A DNA stretch of 37,517 nt from a bacterium (GTDB taxonomy: Bacteria; Eisenbacteria; RBG-16-71-46): assembly GCA_043779265.1 (NCBI GenBank), contig JAYWEM010000118.1, forward strand, positions 1 through 37,517, written 5' to 3'. The notes beneath the pieces were generated by a model, which was given only the letters and a program-made list of their open reading frames with translations, ran no database searches and had not been told where the DNA came from. The position numbers and the translations under genes were made by a program. This document shows, one piece after another, positions 9,606 to 18,253 of the stretch; the stretch's first letter is position 1; each line of letters opens with the position of its first letter.

Positions 9606-10547
9606 TCAATCGGTCAGGTATTCCTGGGCAAGTCGCTGGAGATCGTCCCACACGGGCTTCTTGGCACTCGGGCTGCGCAGGCAATAGGCGGGATGATACG
9701 TGACGATGAGCTTGGCGCCCTTCCATCGATAGGTCTTGCCGCGCATCGCGGCGAGCGTTCCGCCCTTCATGCCGAGCAGCAGTTCCGCGGCGAAGCGACC
9801 GAGGCAGCAGATGATGCGTGGCTGCAGCGCCTCGAGCTGGCGCATCAGGTAGGGCGCGCAGTGCTGGATCTCGTCGGGCATCGGATTGCGATTGTCGGGC
9901 GGCCGGCACTTGAGCACGTTGGCGATGAACACGCTCTCGCGCGTCAGCGAGACGCCCGGGATCAGGCCGCGATCATCCATGCCCTTGATCATCGAAGTGA
10001 GCAGTTCACCGGCGCGCCCCACGAACGGCTCGCCTCGCTCGTCCTCATCGGCGCCGGGGGCCTCGCCCACGAAGACGATCCCGGTGCGCGCGCTTCCGAT
10101 GCCGGGGACGGCGTTGGTGCGCGTCCGGTGCAGGCTGCACTTCTCACAAGCGCGCGCCTCAGCCGCGATGGCGTCAAGCACCGGCAGCGATGCCGACTCG
10201 ATCGAAGCGCGCGCTCCACTCATCGCCGCGGGCCACAGGAGCTCGGCGAACGGGGGCAGCACGACGGCATCGGCAACGACGTGGGTGACGCGCGGCATGG
10301 GTTCCGGCTCGGGAAGGTGGGGCGTGTACGCGGCGGCCGGCGGATCGGCCAGGGCGGCGGGCGCGAGCGAAGGCGGCGCCACGGCCGAGGGCGCAGTGTA
10401 GCTGCCCAGATCGGGCAATGCGATACCCGCGCGACGAGCGCGCGCCATGCCGCTGAGGATCGACTCCCCACCGCTTCGCTCGCGCTGGATCGCCAACCGC
10501 AGCGCCCGCGTGATACTCGCGGCCTCCTGCCTCAGCTCATCGCTCAC
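9606..10547 (-). CDS. Type-4 ([4Fe-4S]) uracil-DNA glycosylase with a Pro/Ala-rich N-terminal extension
   Basis: Motifs CEKC, VGEAPGADED, PFVGRAG, NVLKCRPPDNRNP and TYHPA. GTG start overlaps the coaBC stop. Confidence 0.92.
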   Translation of the reverse strand: MSDELRQEAASITRALRLAIQRERSGGESILSGMARARRAGIALPDLGSYTAPSAVAPPSLAPAALADPPAAAYTPHLPEPEPMPRVTHVVADAVVLPPFAELLWPAAMSGARASIESASLPVLDAIAAEARACEKCSLHRTRTNAVPGIGSARTGIVFVGEAPGADEDERGEPFVGRAGELLTSMIKGMDDRGLIPGVSLTRESVFIANVLKCRPPDNRNPMPDEIQHCAPYLMRQLEALQPRIICCLGRFAAELLLGMKGGTLAAMRGKTYRWKGAKLIVTYHPAYCLRSPSAKKPVWDDLQRLAQEYLTD

Positions 10548-11893
10548 CGGGCGCGGCCCTTGCCGCGAATGGCTTGCAGCACGGGGGCTTTGCGGACGCT
10601 GACGCGCTTGGCCGGCGCCCGGCGTGCAACCGAGGCTCGGGGGCTCGGGCCCTTCGGTCGGGGGGCGCCGCCGGGGCGCAATTCGAGGACACGCTCGAGG
10701 ATCGCCTCGGCCACTTCGCGCTTGCTGCGCTCGGGCAGTTCGGTCGAGCTCCGGGCCTCGACGAACGTGACGCGGTTGGTCTCGGTGCCGAGCGCCTTGT
10801 CCGGCGAGTTGAGCACGATCAGGTCGCAGCGCTTGGACTTCAGCTTGGCGCGCGCATGGGCAACACCGTCCTGCGTCTCGAGTGCGAACCCCACCAGCAC
10901 CTGGCCGCTCGGCCGCGCTTTGCCTAGACGAGCGAGGATGTCGGGATTGGGCGTCAGGGTCAGCGTCTCGTCGGCACCCTTGCGTTTGATCTTCTGGCGC
11001 GACGTCTTGGCGGGGCGATAGTCCGCGACGGCAGCCGCCATCACGACGACGTCCGCACGCGGCGCAGCCTCGTCCATGGCGCGCTGCATCTGCAGCGCGG
11101 TCACGACCGGAACCAGCACGACTCCATGCGGCGGATCGATGGAGACCGGCCCGCACACCACGGTCACGTTGGCGCCGCGATCGCGCGCGGCCTCGGCAAG
11201 CGCGAAGCCCATGCGGCCGCTCGAGCGATTGGTGAGCATGCGAACGGGATCGAGCGGCTCCTCGGTGCGCCCGGCTCCGATCACGACGCGCAGGCCGCGC
11301 ATGCTGGAGCGGTGGGTCACAGCGCGCTCACAGGCCTCGACGATGGCACCGATCTCGGCGAGTCGGCCGGGACCGGCGAGTCCCGAGGCGAGCGGACCGG
11401 AGTCAGGACCCACGATCACCGCGCCTCGAGCACGCATCGCCGAGACGTTGGCCTGCGTCGCGGGCGAGCGCCACATCTCGAGATCCATGGCGGGCGCCAC
11501 GACGAGCGGCGCGCGCGAGGCGAGCACCGCAGAAGTGAGCGCATCGGGCGCCTGACCGTGAACGATGCGCGCCATCAGGTCGGCGGTCGCCGGCGCGATC
11601 ACCAGGCAGTCCGCGACCTCGGCGACATCGACATGCTCGACTCGGCCACGAAAACGCTTGGCGTGGGTGGCGGGCAAATCGAACTGTGGGCGCTGATCGC
11701 CCCACAGATCGCTCACCACCGGATTGCCGGAGAGCGCCTGGAACGTGAGAGGCGTGACGAACTCCCGGGCAGCGGGAGTCATCACCACGATGCATGTGGC
11801 TCCACGGTCGCGCAGCCGGCGGACGAGTTCGCAGGCCTTGTAGGCTGCGATCCCGCCCGAGACGCCGACCACGACGACGCGGCCCCGGAGCAC
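10544..11893 (-). CDS. coaBC: Bifunctional phosphopantothenoylcysteine decarboxylase / phosphopantothenate-cysteine ligase
   Basis: Motifs GVSGGIAAYK, APATAD, PAMDLEMW, EPLDPVRMLTNRSSGRMG, AAAVADY, KIK and VGFALET. Confidence 0.96.
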   Translation of the reverse strand: MLRGRVVVVGVSGGIAAYKACELVRRLRDRGATCIVVMTPAAREFVTPLTFQALSGNPVVSDLWGDQRPQFDLPATHAKRFRGRVEHVDVAEVADCLVIAPATADLMARIVHGQAPDALTSAVLASRAPLVVAPAMDLEMWRSPATQANVSAMRARGAVIVGPDSGPLASGLAGPGRLAEIGAIVEACERAVTHRSSMRGLRVVIGAGRTEEPLDPVRMLTNRSSGRMGFALAEAARDRGANVTVVCGPVSIDPPHGVVLVPVVTALQMQRAMDEAAPRADVVVMAAAVADYRPAKTSRQKIKRKGADETLTLTPNPDILARLGKARPSGQVLVGFALETQDGVAHARAKLKSKRCDLIVLNSPDKALGTETNRVTFVEARSSTELPERSKREVAEAILERVLELRPGGAPRPKGPSPRASVARRAPAKRVSVRKAPVLQAIRGKGRAR

Positions 11894-11900
11894 GGCGGCG

Positions 11901-12137
11901 CTACTCGAGCGTGGGCTCGACGGACTCGACCTGCTCCATCAACGGCGCGGGATCCTCGTAGTAGAACGGGACCTCGTCGCGGATGACGCGATCGAGCGCC
12001 ACAACCGTGACCTTGCCGGGCAGGGTCTCGCCGGAGCGGCGCACCCAGTCATTGAGGCGACGGGCCTCACGCGAGGCGATGATGGACAGCTCGTACTTGC
12101 TCTTGCCCGGGGGCGGAACGAATGAGGACAGCTTCAT
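11901..12137 (-). CDS. rpoZ: RNA polymerase omega subunit
   Basis: SKYELSIIASREARRLN...KVTVVAL. Lies between gmk and coaBC, the usual position. Confidence 0.8.
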   Translation of the reverse strand: MKLSSFVPPPGKSKYELSIIASREARRLNDWVRRSGETLPGKVTVVALDRVIRDEVPFYYEDPAPLMEQVESVEPTLE

Positions 12138-12184
12138 GTCGGGCGATCTCCTTTTGGAGGGGATGGTGCTGCACTGCGAACAGT

Positions 12185-12814
12185 CTAACCGGTCTGCAGC
12201 CGCGAGACGCGGGCGCGTTCGGCATCGTGGATGGCGATCATCTGAGCGACCGCCTGCTCCAGATTGTCGTTGATCAGCAGGTAATCGTAGTGCTTCCACT
12301 GCGCCATCTCGCCGGGGGCGTTGGCGAGGCGCTGGGCGACCACTTCCGGCCCGTCCGTTCCCCGGCGCGCCAGGCGCTGCCGGAGCGATTCCAGTGAGGG
12401 CGGGTAGATGAACACGGTCACGGCATCCGGGCGCACGCGGCGAACCGACTCCCCACCCTGCACGTCGATATCGAGGAGTACCACACGCCCCATCTGCTCG
12501 AGCTGTGCCACCTCCTCACCCGGCGTACCGTAGAGATTGCCATGCACCTCGGCCCACTCGAGGAAGTAGTCCCGCTTGATGCGCTGCTCGAACTCCGGGC
12601 GATCGACGAACCGGTACTCGACGCCGTCGGTCTCACCGGTGCGGATCGGCCTCGTCGTCGAGGAGACGGCGAAGATGCAATCGGGCCTCGCCTCGAGCAG
12701 ACGCTCGACGAGCGTGCCCTTGCCGGCGCCCGATGGCCCGGTCAGGACCATGAGGAACCCGCCGGGGGTGAAACGCTGGGGCAACTGCGGCGTATCGGGG
12801 GTGACCGACGTCAT
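12185..12814 (-). CDS. gmk: Guanylate kinase
   Basis: Motifs GPSGAGKGT, SSTTRP, EWAEVHGNLYGT and DIDVQG. Confidence 0.97.
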   Translation of the reverse strand: MTSVTPDTPQLPQRFTPGGFLMVLTGPSGAGKGTLVERLLEARPDCIFAVSSTTRPIRTGETDGVEYRFVDRPEFEQRIKRDYFLEWAEVHGNLYGTPGEEVAQLEQMGRVVLLDIDVQGGESVRRVRPDAVTVFIYPPSLESLRQRLARRGTDGPEVVAQRLANAPGEMAQWKHYDYLLINDNLEQAVAQMIAIHDAERARVSRLQTG

Positions 12815-13689
12815 TCGACGTTCTGCACCTGTTCGCGGATCCGCTCGATCTCCTCTTTCATGATGATGACCGCATGCGCGATCGACACGTCATTGGCCTT
12901 GGAGCCGATCGTGTTGGCCTCGCGGTTCATCTCCTGAAGCAGGAAGTTCAGCTTGCGACCCGCCATCTCGGGGCTGTCGATCAAGTGCTTGAACTGCTCG
13001 AGATGCGCCGAGAGCCGGACGCACTCCTCGGTGCAATCGAGCCGGTCGGCCAGCATCGCCACTTCCTGCGCGATGCGAATGGGATCCATCTCGACGTCAT
13101 CGAGCAAAGGCTTGATGCGCGAGATCATCTTGTCCTTGGCCTCCTGCGGCCGCAGCGGCGCGCGCTCGGCGACCAGCTCCAGTTGCGTGCGGATGATCTC
13201 GAGTCGCATCACGAGGTCGGTCGACAGTGCCGCGCCCTCGCGCGCCTTCATGCTGTTCATGCTGTCGCAGGCCAAGCCGAGCAATTGCTTGAGCAGATCC
13301 CAGGTCTCTTCGTCCGAGATCTGCGCGCTCTCCCAGCTGAACAGGTCGGGAAGCGTGGCCAGCGTGCGCAGGTCGATCTCGCCCTTGATGTCGTAGCGCG
13401 TGCGTAGCGTTTGCATGAGCGCGAAATAGCGGTCCGCCACCGGCTCATTCAGCTTGAGCACGTCGCCCTGGTCGCCGGCGCCTGCCCAACTGATCGACAA
13501 GTTGAACTTGCCGCGCGAGAAACGTTCGGAGATCAACTGCCGCACCTGGTCCTCGAACGCCAGCACCAGCTTGGGTGCGCGCATCGAGACTTCGCAGAAG
13601 CGATGGTTCACCGAGCGGATCTCGGCGGACAGACGAATGCCGTCCTTCTCGATCTCGGCCGAGCCATAGCCGGTCATGCTGCGGATCAT
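12811..13689 (-). CDS. yicC: YicC/YloC family endoribonuclease
   Basis: Motifs MIRSMTGYG, EIRSVNHRF, GRKLNFLLQEMNREANTIGSK and IREQVQNVE. SD GGAGG. Confidence 0.95.
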   Translation of the reverse strand: MIRSMTGYGSAEIEKDGIRLSAEIRSVNHRFCEVSMRAPKLVLAFEDQVRQLISERFSRGKFNLSISWAGAGDQGDVLKLNEPVADRYFALMQTLRTRYDIKGEIDLRTLATLPDLFSWESAQISDEETWDLLKQLLGLACDSMNSMKAREGAALSTDLVMRLEIIRTQLELVAERAPLRPQEAKDKMISRIKPLLDDVEMDPIRIAQEVAMLADRLDCTEECVRLSAHLEQFKHLIDSPEMAGRKLNFLLQEMNREANTIGSKANDVSIAHAVIIMKEEIERIREQVQNVE

Positions 13690-13723
13690 GCGGGGAGCCT
13701 CCGGTAGGGGGTGGGAACTGGCC

Positions 13724-13753
13724 AGAGTAAGGGGGTGCGAGAGGCGGCGTCAA
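13724..13753 (-). promoter_or_regulatory. Putative sigma70 promoter of the yicC-gmk operon (TTGACG-N18-TACTCT)
   Basis: Both hexamers lie 35-64 bp upstream of the yicC ATG. Confidence 0.6.
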
Positions 13754-13988
13754 AGATGCGGAACACTTTGCTTGACAGGCGTTTGCGATGCCCTTGCCCG
13801 GCCTCGGGACCCATTCGCCGAGGCTTTCGTGAGCGGGGCTGGCGTGAATGCTCGCGGCTTCGCGGTGCCGACCCGGGCGAAGTCCACTCGGAGCGGGCGA
13901 TTCGTCGCCTGGCGGGCACGTCCGGGAGTCGCGAAAGCTCGTGATAGAAAGAGGATGCCCTCGCGACTCGCCCCTGTGGATACTCGTC

Positions 13989-15314
13989 ATGCGCTCACTG
14001 ACCCATTTGGCGGATCACGTCGTTCTTCAGCAGCTCAAGTCGCTCGCCACTCGGGAACGCACCACAATGGCCGAATTGCTGGCGCATCTGGCCGAGGCCG
14101 ACGAGCGGCGCCTCCACCTGCCGTCCGCCTATCCCTCGATGCACCTCTACTGCGTGCACGAGTTGGGGCTGTCCTCCGATGAGGCGTTCAAGCGCATTCG
14201 CGTGGCACGGGCGGCGCGCGAGTTCCCCGAGATCCTCTCGGCGATAGCCGATGCTCGGCTCCACTTGAGCGCCGTCGTCCAGCTGGCCCCTCATCTGACG
14301 AGTCAGAATGCGAGCGACCTGTTGGCGGCTGCCGCCCACAAGTCGAAGGTCGAGATCGCGTTTCTGCTTGCTGAGCGGTTCCCCGTCTTGGGTGCGGCGG
14401 CAGGGGCGACTGGCACCGAAACGGGCGGCGCGACTCCTGACTCGTCGAATTCCCAGCAAAACCAACTGGTTCCGGAACCAGTTGGGCCCTGTTCGGCCGA
14501 CTCATCCCCCGTCGTCGCCTGCTCCGAGCCCCCGAGGCCGAATCCAGCGCCTGCCGCACACATCGACCTGACACTTCGCATCGGCAGGACTGCCCACGAG
14601 AAGCTCCGCTACGCACAGTCGCTGCTCGGGCACGCTGTTCCCTCGCAGGAGTTGGCGGCGGTGATCGAGCGCGGCATGGACGCGCTGATCGAGAAGCTCG
14701 AGCGCCGGATCTTCGCTGCCGCCGGCCGAACGCGTCCGAGGCGAGGCGCGGCCAAGGGGCGGCATGTGCCGGCCGAGTTGCGCCGCGAGGTCTGGCATCG
14801 CGACGGCGGGCGATGCACGTTCACGAGCGATCGCGGGCAGCGCTGCCCTTCGTGCACGCGACTGGAGTTCGATCACTTGACTCCCGTGGCGCGCGGCGGC
14901 GAGACGACCCTTCCCAACCTGCGGCTCCGGTGCCGGGCCCACAATCAGTACGAGGCCGAGCGCACGTACGGGGCGGGGTTCATGGCGCGCAAGCGCCAGG
15001 AGGCCAAAGAGCTCACGGCGCGCGGGCGGGTCGCTGCGCGTGGCGAAGCGATGCGTTCTGTCGCCGAGGCCCGGCACGAGGACTCCGACGAACAGTCAAT
15101 CGTACCTACTCAGGCCGAGCTCAATGCGCGACGCAACGAGATCATCCCGTGGCTGCGGCAGTTGGGGTTCCGCGCGACCGAGGCGAAGCAGGCCGCTGCC
15201 TTGTGCGATGCCTTGCAGGAGCAGCCGCTCGAGGCGCGTGTCCGATTCGCGCTCGCAGGGCTCGGGCGCGAGCGCTACCTGCGCAGCACGCCAGGAGCGC
15301 TCGCGAGCGGCTGA
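13989..15314 (+). CDS. HNH endonuclease with DUF222-like N-terminus and RuvA-C-terminal-like tail (probable selfish/mobile gene)
   Basis: HNH/Zn motif VPAELRREVWHRDGGRC...RC...LEFDHLTPVARGG...NLRLRCRAHN. Helical N-terminus ELLAHLAEADERRL...YCVHELGLS. Tail IIPWLRQLGFRATEAKQA. Start chosen at MRSLTHL. Confidence 0.8.
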   Translation: MRSLTHLADHVVLQQLKSLATRERTTMAELLAHLAEADERRLHLPSAYPSMHLYCVHELGLSSDEAFKRIRVARAAREFPEILSAIADARLHLSAVVQLAPHLTSQNASDLLAAAAHKSKVEIAFLLAERFPVLGAAAGATGTETGGATPDSSNSQQNQLVPEPVGPCSADSSPVVACSEPPRPNPAPAAHIDLTLRIGRTAHEKLRYAQSLLGHAVPSQELAAVIERGMDALIEKLERRIFAAAGRTRPRRGAAKGRHVPAELRREVWHRDGGRCTFTSDRGQRCPSCTRLEFDHLTPVARGGETTLPNLRLRCRAHNQYEAERTYGAGFMARKRQEAKELTARGRVAARGEAMRSVAEARHEDSDEQSIVPTQAELNARRNEIIPWLRQLGFRATEAKQAAALCDALQEQPLEARVRFALAGLGRERYLRSTPGALASG

Positions 15315-15361
15315 AGCCCGGCGCTTCGCTCGCGGCTCGGCGCACAGCGCCCGGCCATAAC

Positions 15362-15444
15362 GCGAAACGCCGCGAGGGGGATCGCGGCGTTCGCAGGCCC
15401 GGACGGACGTCGGGCCGAGACCGGTGGGGGATGCCCCCGGTCTC
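15362..15444. terminator. Three tandem GC-rich hairpins between convergent genes (probable bidirectional terminator/stabiliser)
   Basis: AACGCCGCGA/TCGCGGCGTT (15366-15391), GGCCCG/CGGGCC (15396-15416) and GAGACCGG/CCGGTCTC (15417-15444). No U-tract. Confidence 0.5.
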
Positions 15445-17915
15445 TACATCGGGATCTTGTAGCGCTTCATCTTGGCGAGCATCGTCGTGCGCGACAGGCG
15501 CAGCATGCGGGCCGCGTCGGCCTTCACGCCGCTCGACTTCTCGAGCGCATCGAGGATGCGCTTGCGCTCCTGCTCTTCCATCTCCTCGAGGAAATTGCGT
15601 GGCGCGCTGGCGTCATCGAGCTGGAGCTCGCGCGGCAGGATCACCTGCCCATCCTTCGACTGAGCGACGAGCCGATGCACGAGCGACCGAAGCTGGCGCA
15701 CGTTGCCCGGCCACATGTAGTCGAGCAGTTGATCACGCGAGGCGGACGAGAGTCGGACCCGCTTGCCCTCGTCCTCGCCGAACACCTCGAGGAAGTGATC
15801 GATCAGCACCTCGGCATCATCCCCACGCTCGCGCAGCGGCGGCAGCGTGAAGACCGCATGCGCCAAGCGGAAGTAGAGATCCGAGCGGAAACCGTCGCCA
15901 CTCGCGAGTTTGGACTGCTCGCGATTGGTCGCGGCCAGCAAGCGCACGCGCACGCGCGTGTCCTGGGTGGCGCCGATGCGACGAAGCGAACCGTTCTCGA
16001 GGAAACGCAGGAGCTTGGCCTGCAGGTCGACGCTCATCTCGCCGATCTCATCGAGGAAGACCGTGCCACGATCGGCGGACTCGAAGAGCCCCGGCTTGTC
16101 GCGATCCGCGCCGGTGAACGCACCGCGCACATAGCCGAACAACTCCGCCTCGAGCATGGTGGGCTGGATCGCGCTGCAGTTGATCGCCACGTAGTCGCCC
16201 GTGCGGCCTGAGAGCTGATGGATGCCATGCGCGATGCGTTCTTTGCCCGTACCGGACTCGCCCAGTACGAGCACCGGGATGTCACTCGGCGCGAGTGCGG
16301 CGACCTGGTCGAGCATGTCGAGGAACGCCTTGTGGCGCGTGACGAGCCCGAAGGTCTCGTAGGCCCACTGCATGCGGCGCTGCAGTTCGATGTCGCGCAC
16401 CGGGCGGCGCCGCGGACGTGGCCGGATCTCGGAATCCGAGGTCGCCTGGTCGGACTCCTCCTTGAGACGCTCCTCCAGTTCGGCCAGTCGCTTGTGAGCC
16501 TCGGACAGCTTGTACTCCGAGCGCATGCCGTCGAAGTGCTCGATCGCGGCGCGGTAGGCATCGCGCGCCGCACGGAAGCTGAAGTAGTGCTGCGAGTGCG
16601 CCGAGCACAGCCAGTCACCATAGGACACCCAGAGCTTGCCCCACTCGTAGGGTGTCTGGATCTCGTCGAAGATCTGGAACGCCTTGGCGAACGCACCTTG
16701 TGCGTCGACCGGCTTGCCCGCTCGAGCGAGCAGCAACCCGAGCACGCGCAGCGAGCAGGCGAGTTCGTAGACATCGCCACACTCACGCGCGATCGACTCG
16801 GCCTCGCGAACCGCCTCGAGCCCCGACTCGACCTTGCCCAAGTGAAGCAGACACTCAGCGCGGCGGCGCTGGATTTCACAGGCGACATCGCCGCGAGGAG
16901 CTAAGGCGACCACCTGCGGTCGAAGCACATCAAGCATCCCGATGCCAGCCTCGAACTCGCCGCGCTCAAGAAAGACATCAATCGCATACTCAGCGCACAG
17001 CCACGAGGGCCTAGGGTGTTCGCTACGCGAGACGCACAGTCGAGCATCAAACGTCTTGGTCGCTTTCGCGAAATCTCCGCCGTGGAGCTGGATGAGACCG
17101 GAGAGAAGGCGTGCATAGTCGATGCTGATCGGACTGATTAGCTCGTTTGCCCGAGCCATGACGCCTTCCATAGCCACCGAGGCTTCCTGCAATCGCCCCT
17201 GCTTCCAATGCACGAGAGCTAGGGAGTGCCGTGCGCGAAGCTCCCACTGCTTCCAGCCCCCCAGCGCGAAGCAACGGCTCGCTTCAGTCATCGATTCGAT
17301 GGCCGAGCTCCACCTGCCCAGGCCCCGCATACACTGTCCGTGATTGATCCAACCTAGGCCCTCTGTAAACGCACTCTTGCAACGTCGTCCGCTAACGATT
17401 GCTTCCATGGCGAAGACGGAGCCAACAAGCCACTGGCCACCGTTGACATACACCGCCGACAAGTTAGCGGCTGCTTGCGCTAGCGGCTCAGTGTCGGCCC
17501 GCTGCAACAACTCATCTCGAATGCACATGAGTTCGCTTATCGCCTGATCGGCTCTTCCAAGCTTCGCATGCGAGAATGCGAGCAGAGACCTTGCGAACAT
17601 GCTCGTGCTTGAGTCGGGCGAGTCAAGCTCAAGCCGAATGATGTCGGTGGCGGATTCAGCTGCGTCTTGGTTGCGGTCGCAATTGAGCAGAATGCGAGTC
17701 TTGGTCAGACGAACTTCCATCTCGAACCTGAACGGCAGGCGCCTTGAGTCCAGCGCCAGGTTGGCGAGTTCGAGTCCTGCCTGAATTTCGGCTTCCTTCA
17801 GGAGGCCGAGGATGCAGTCGGAGAGCGCGCCTGCGACCACGGGCGAGAGCACACCAGTCGTGCCGTCCTCGAACAAAGCACGGAGCGCCGCTGACTGCTC
17901 GAGGCGATTGCTCAC
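15444..17915 (-). CDS. Sigma54-dependent enhancer-binding protein with a long N-terminal TPR/helical-repeat sensor and C-terminal Fis-type HTH
   Basis: Walker A GESGTGKE, NCSA, ELFGYVRGAFTGA (intact GAFTGA), FLDEIGE, FRSDLYFRL, WPGNVRQL and HTH AARMLRLSRTT. About 490 aa of TPR-like repeats with no receiver domain. Confidence 0.92.
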   Translation of the reverse strand: MSNRLEQSAALRALFEDGTTGVLSPVVAGALSDCILGLLKEAEIQAGLELANLALDSRRLPFRFEMEVRLTKTRILLNCDRNQDAAESATDIIRLELDSPDSSTSMFARSLLAFSHAKLGRADQAISELMCIRDELLQRADTEPLAQAAANLSAVYVNGGQWLVGSVFAMEAIVSGRRCKSAFTEGLGWINHGQCMRGLGRWSSAIESMTEASRCFALGGWKQWELRARHSLALVHWKQGRLQEASVAMEGVMARANELISPISIDYARLLSGLIQLHGGDFAKATKTFDARLCVSRSEHPRPSWLCAEYAIDVFLERGEFEAGIGMLDVLRPQVVALAPRGDVACEIQRRRAECLLHLGKVESGLEAVREAESIARECGDVYELACSLRVLGLLLARAGKPVDAQGAFAKAFQIFDEIQTPYEWGKLWVSYGDWLCSAHSQHYFSFRAARDAYRAAIEHFDGMRSEYKLSEAHKRLAELEERLKEESDQATSDSEIRPRPRRRPVRDIELQRRMQWAYETFGLVTRHKAFLDMLDQVAALAPSDIPVLVLGESGTGKERIAHGIHQLSGRTGDYVAINCSAIQPTMLEAELFGYVRGAFTGADRDKPGLFESADRGTVFLDEIGEMSVDLQAKLLRFLENGSLRRIGATQDTRVRVRLLAATNREQSKLASGDGFRSDLYFRLAHAVFTLPPLRERGDDAEVLIDHFLEVFGEDEGKRVRLSSASRDQLLDYMWPGNVRQLRSLVHRLVAQSKDGQVILPRELQLDDASAPRNFLEEMEEQERKRILDALEKSSGVKADAARMLRLSRTTMLAKMKRYKIPM

Positions 17916-18253
17916 TGATTGCTCCGCATCGAAGGCAAGCGAGAGTTTGCACCGAAGAAGTCGGAGCTCACTATCATCACGGGAAGCGCCAGCTGAGCAC
18001 CGCCCCTAACGTAGTTCTGCACGAACGTGATGAGACGGACTCTGAAGTCACCCGCGATAGGCTGGGTCCGCGCACCGATTCCCCCATCCGGATCCCCCGC
18101 CAGCATCCCGCCACCGACTGGCTCGAGAAGGTCCTGCTTCTCGTCGCCGTTGTTGTGTCCGCCTCGCGGGGCGGCTGAGAGCGGGCCGGCGCACAGGCTG
18201 AACAGCATCACGAGCGCGAGCGCTCGCATTCCCCACTTCCGCCACGACGTCAT
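17912..18253 (-). CDS. Small exported protein (113 aa) with Sec signal peptide; candidate signalling pro-peptide
   Basis: SD AAAGGGGAG. Signal-like MTSWRKWGMRALALVMLFSLCAGPLSA followed by APRGGHNNGDEKQDLLEPVGGGMLAGDPDGG. Its stop overlaps the bEBP GTG (GTGA). Confidence 0.7.
   Translation of the reverse strand: MTSWRKWGMRALALVMLFSLCAGPLSAAPRGGHNNGDEKQDLLEPVGGGMLAGDPDGGIGARTQPIAGDFRVRLITFVQNYVRGGAQLALPVMIVSSDFFGANSRLPSMRSNQ

Noticed and set aside
13749..13776. GTCAA…TTGAC stem resembling the start of an IscB omega-RNA
   Set aside because: The downstream protein shows no RuvC or PLMP motifs, and one arm is explained as the yicC -35 box.
13779..13793. Minus-strand GGCATCGCAAACGC as a sigma54 -24/-12 promoter
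   Set aside because: GG-N10-GC spacing is right, but the TTGC is missing and a better sigma70 promoter lies just downstream.
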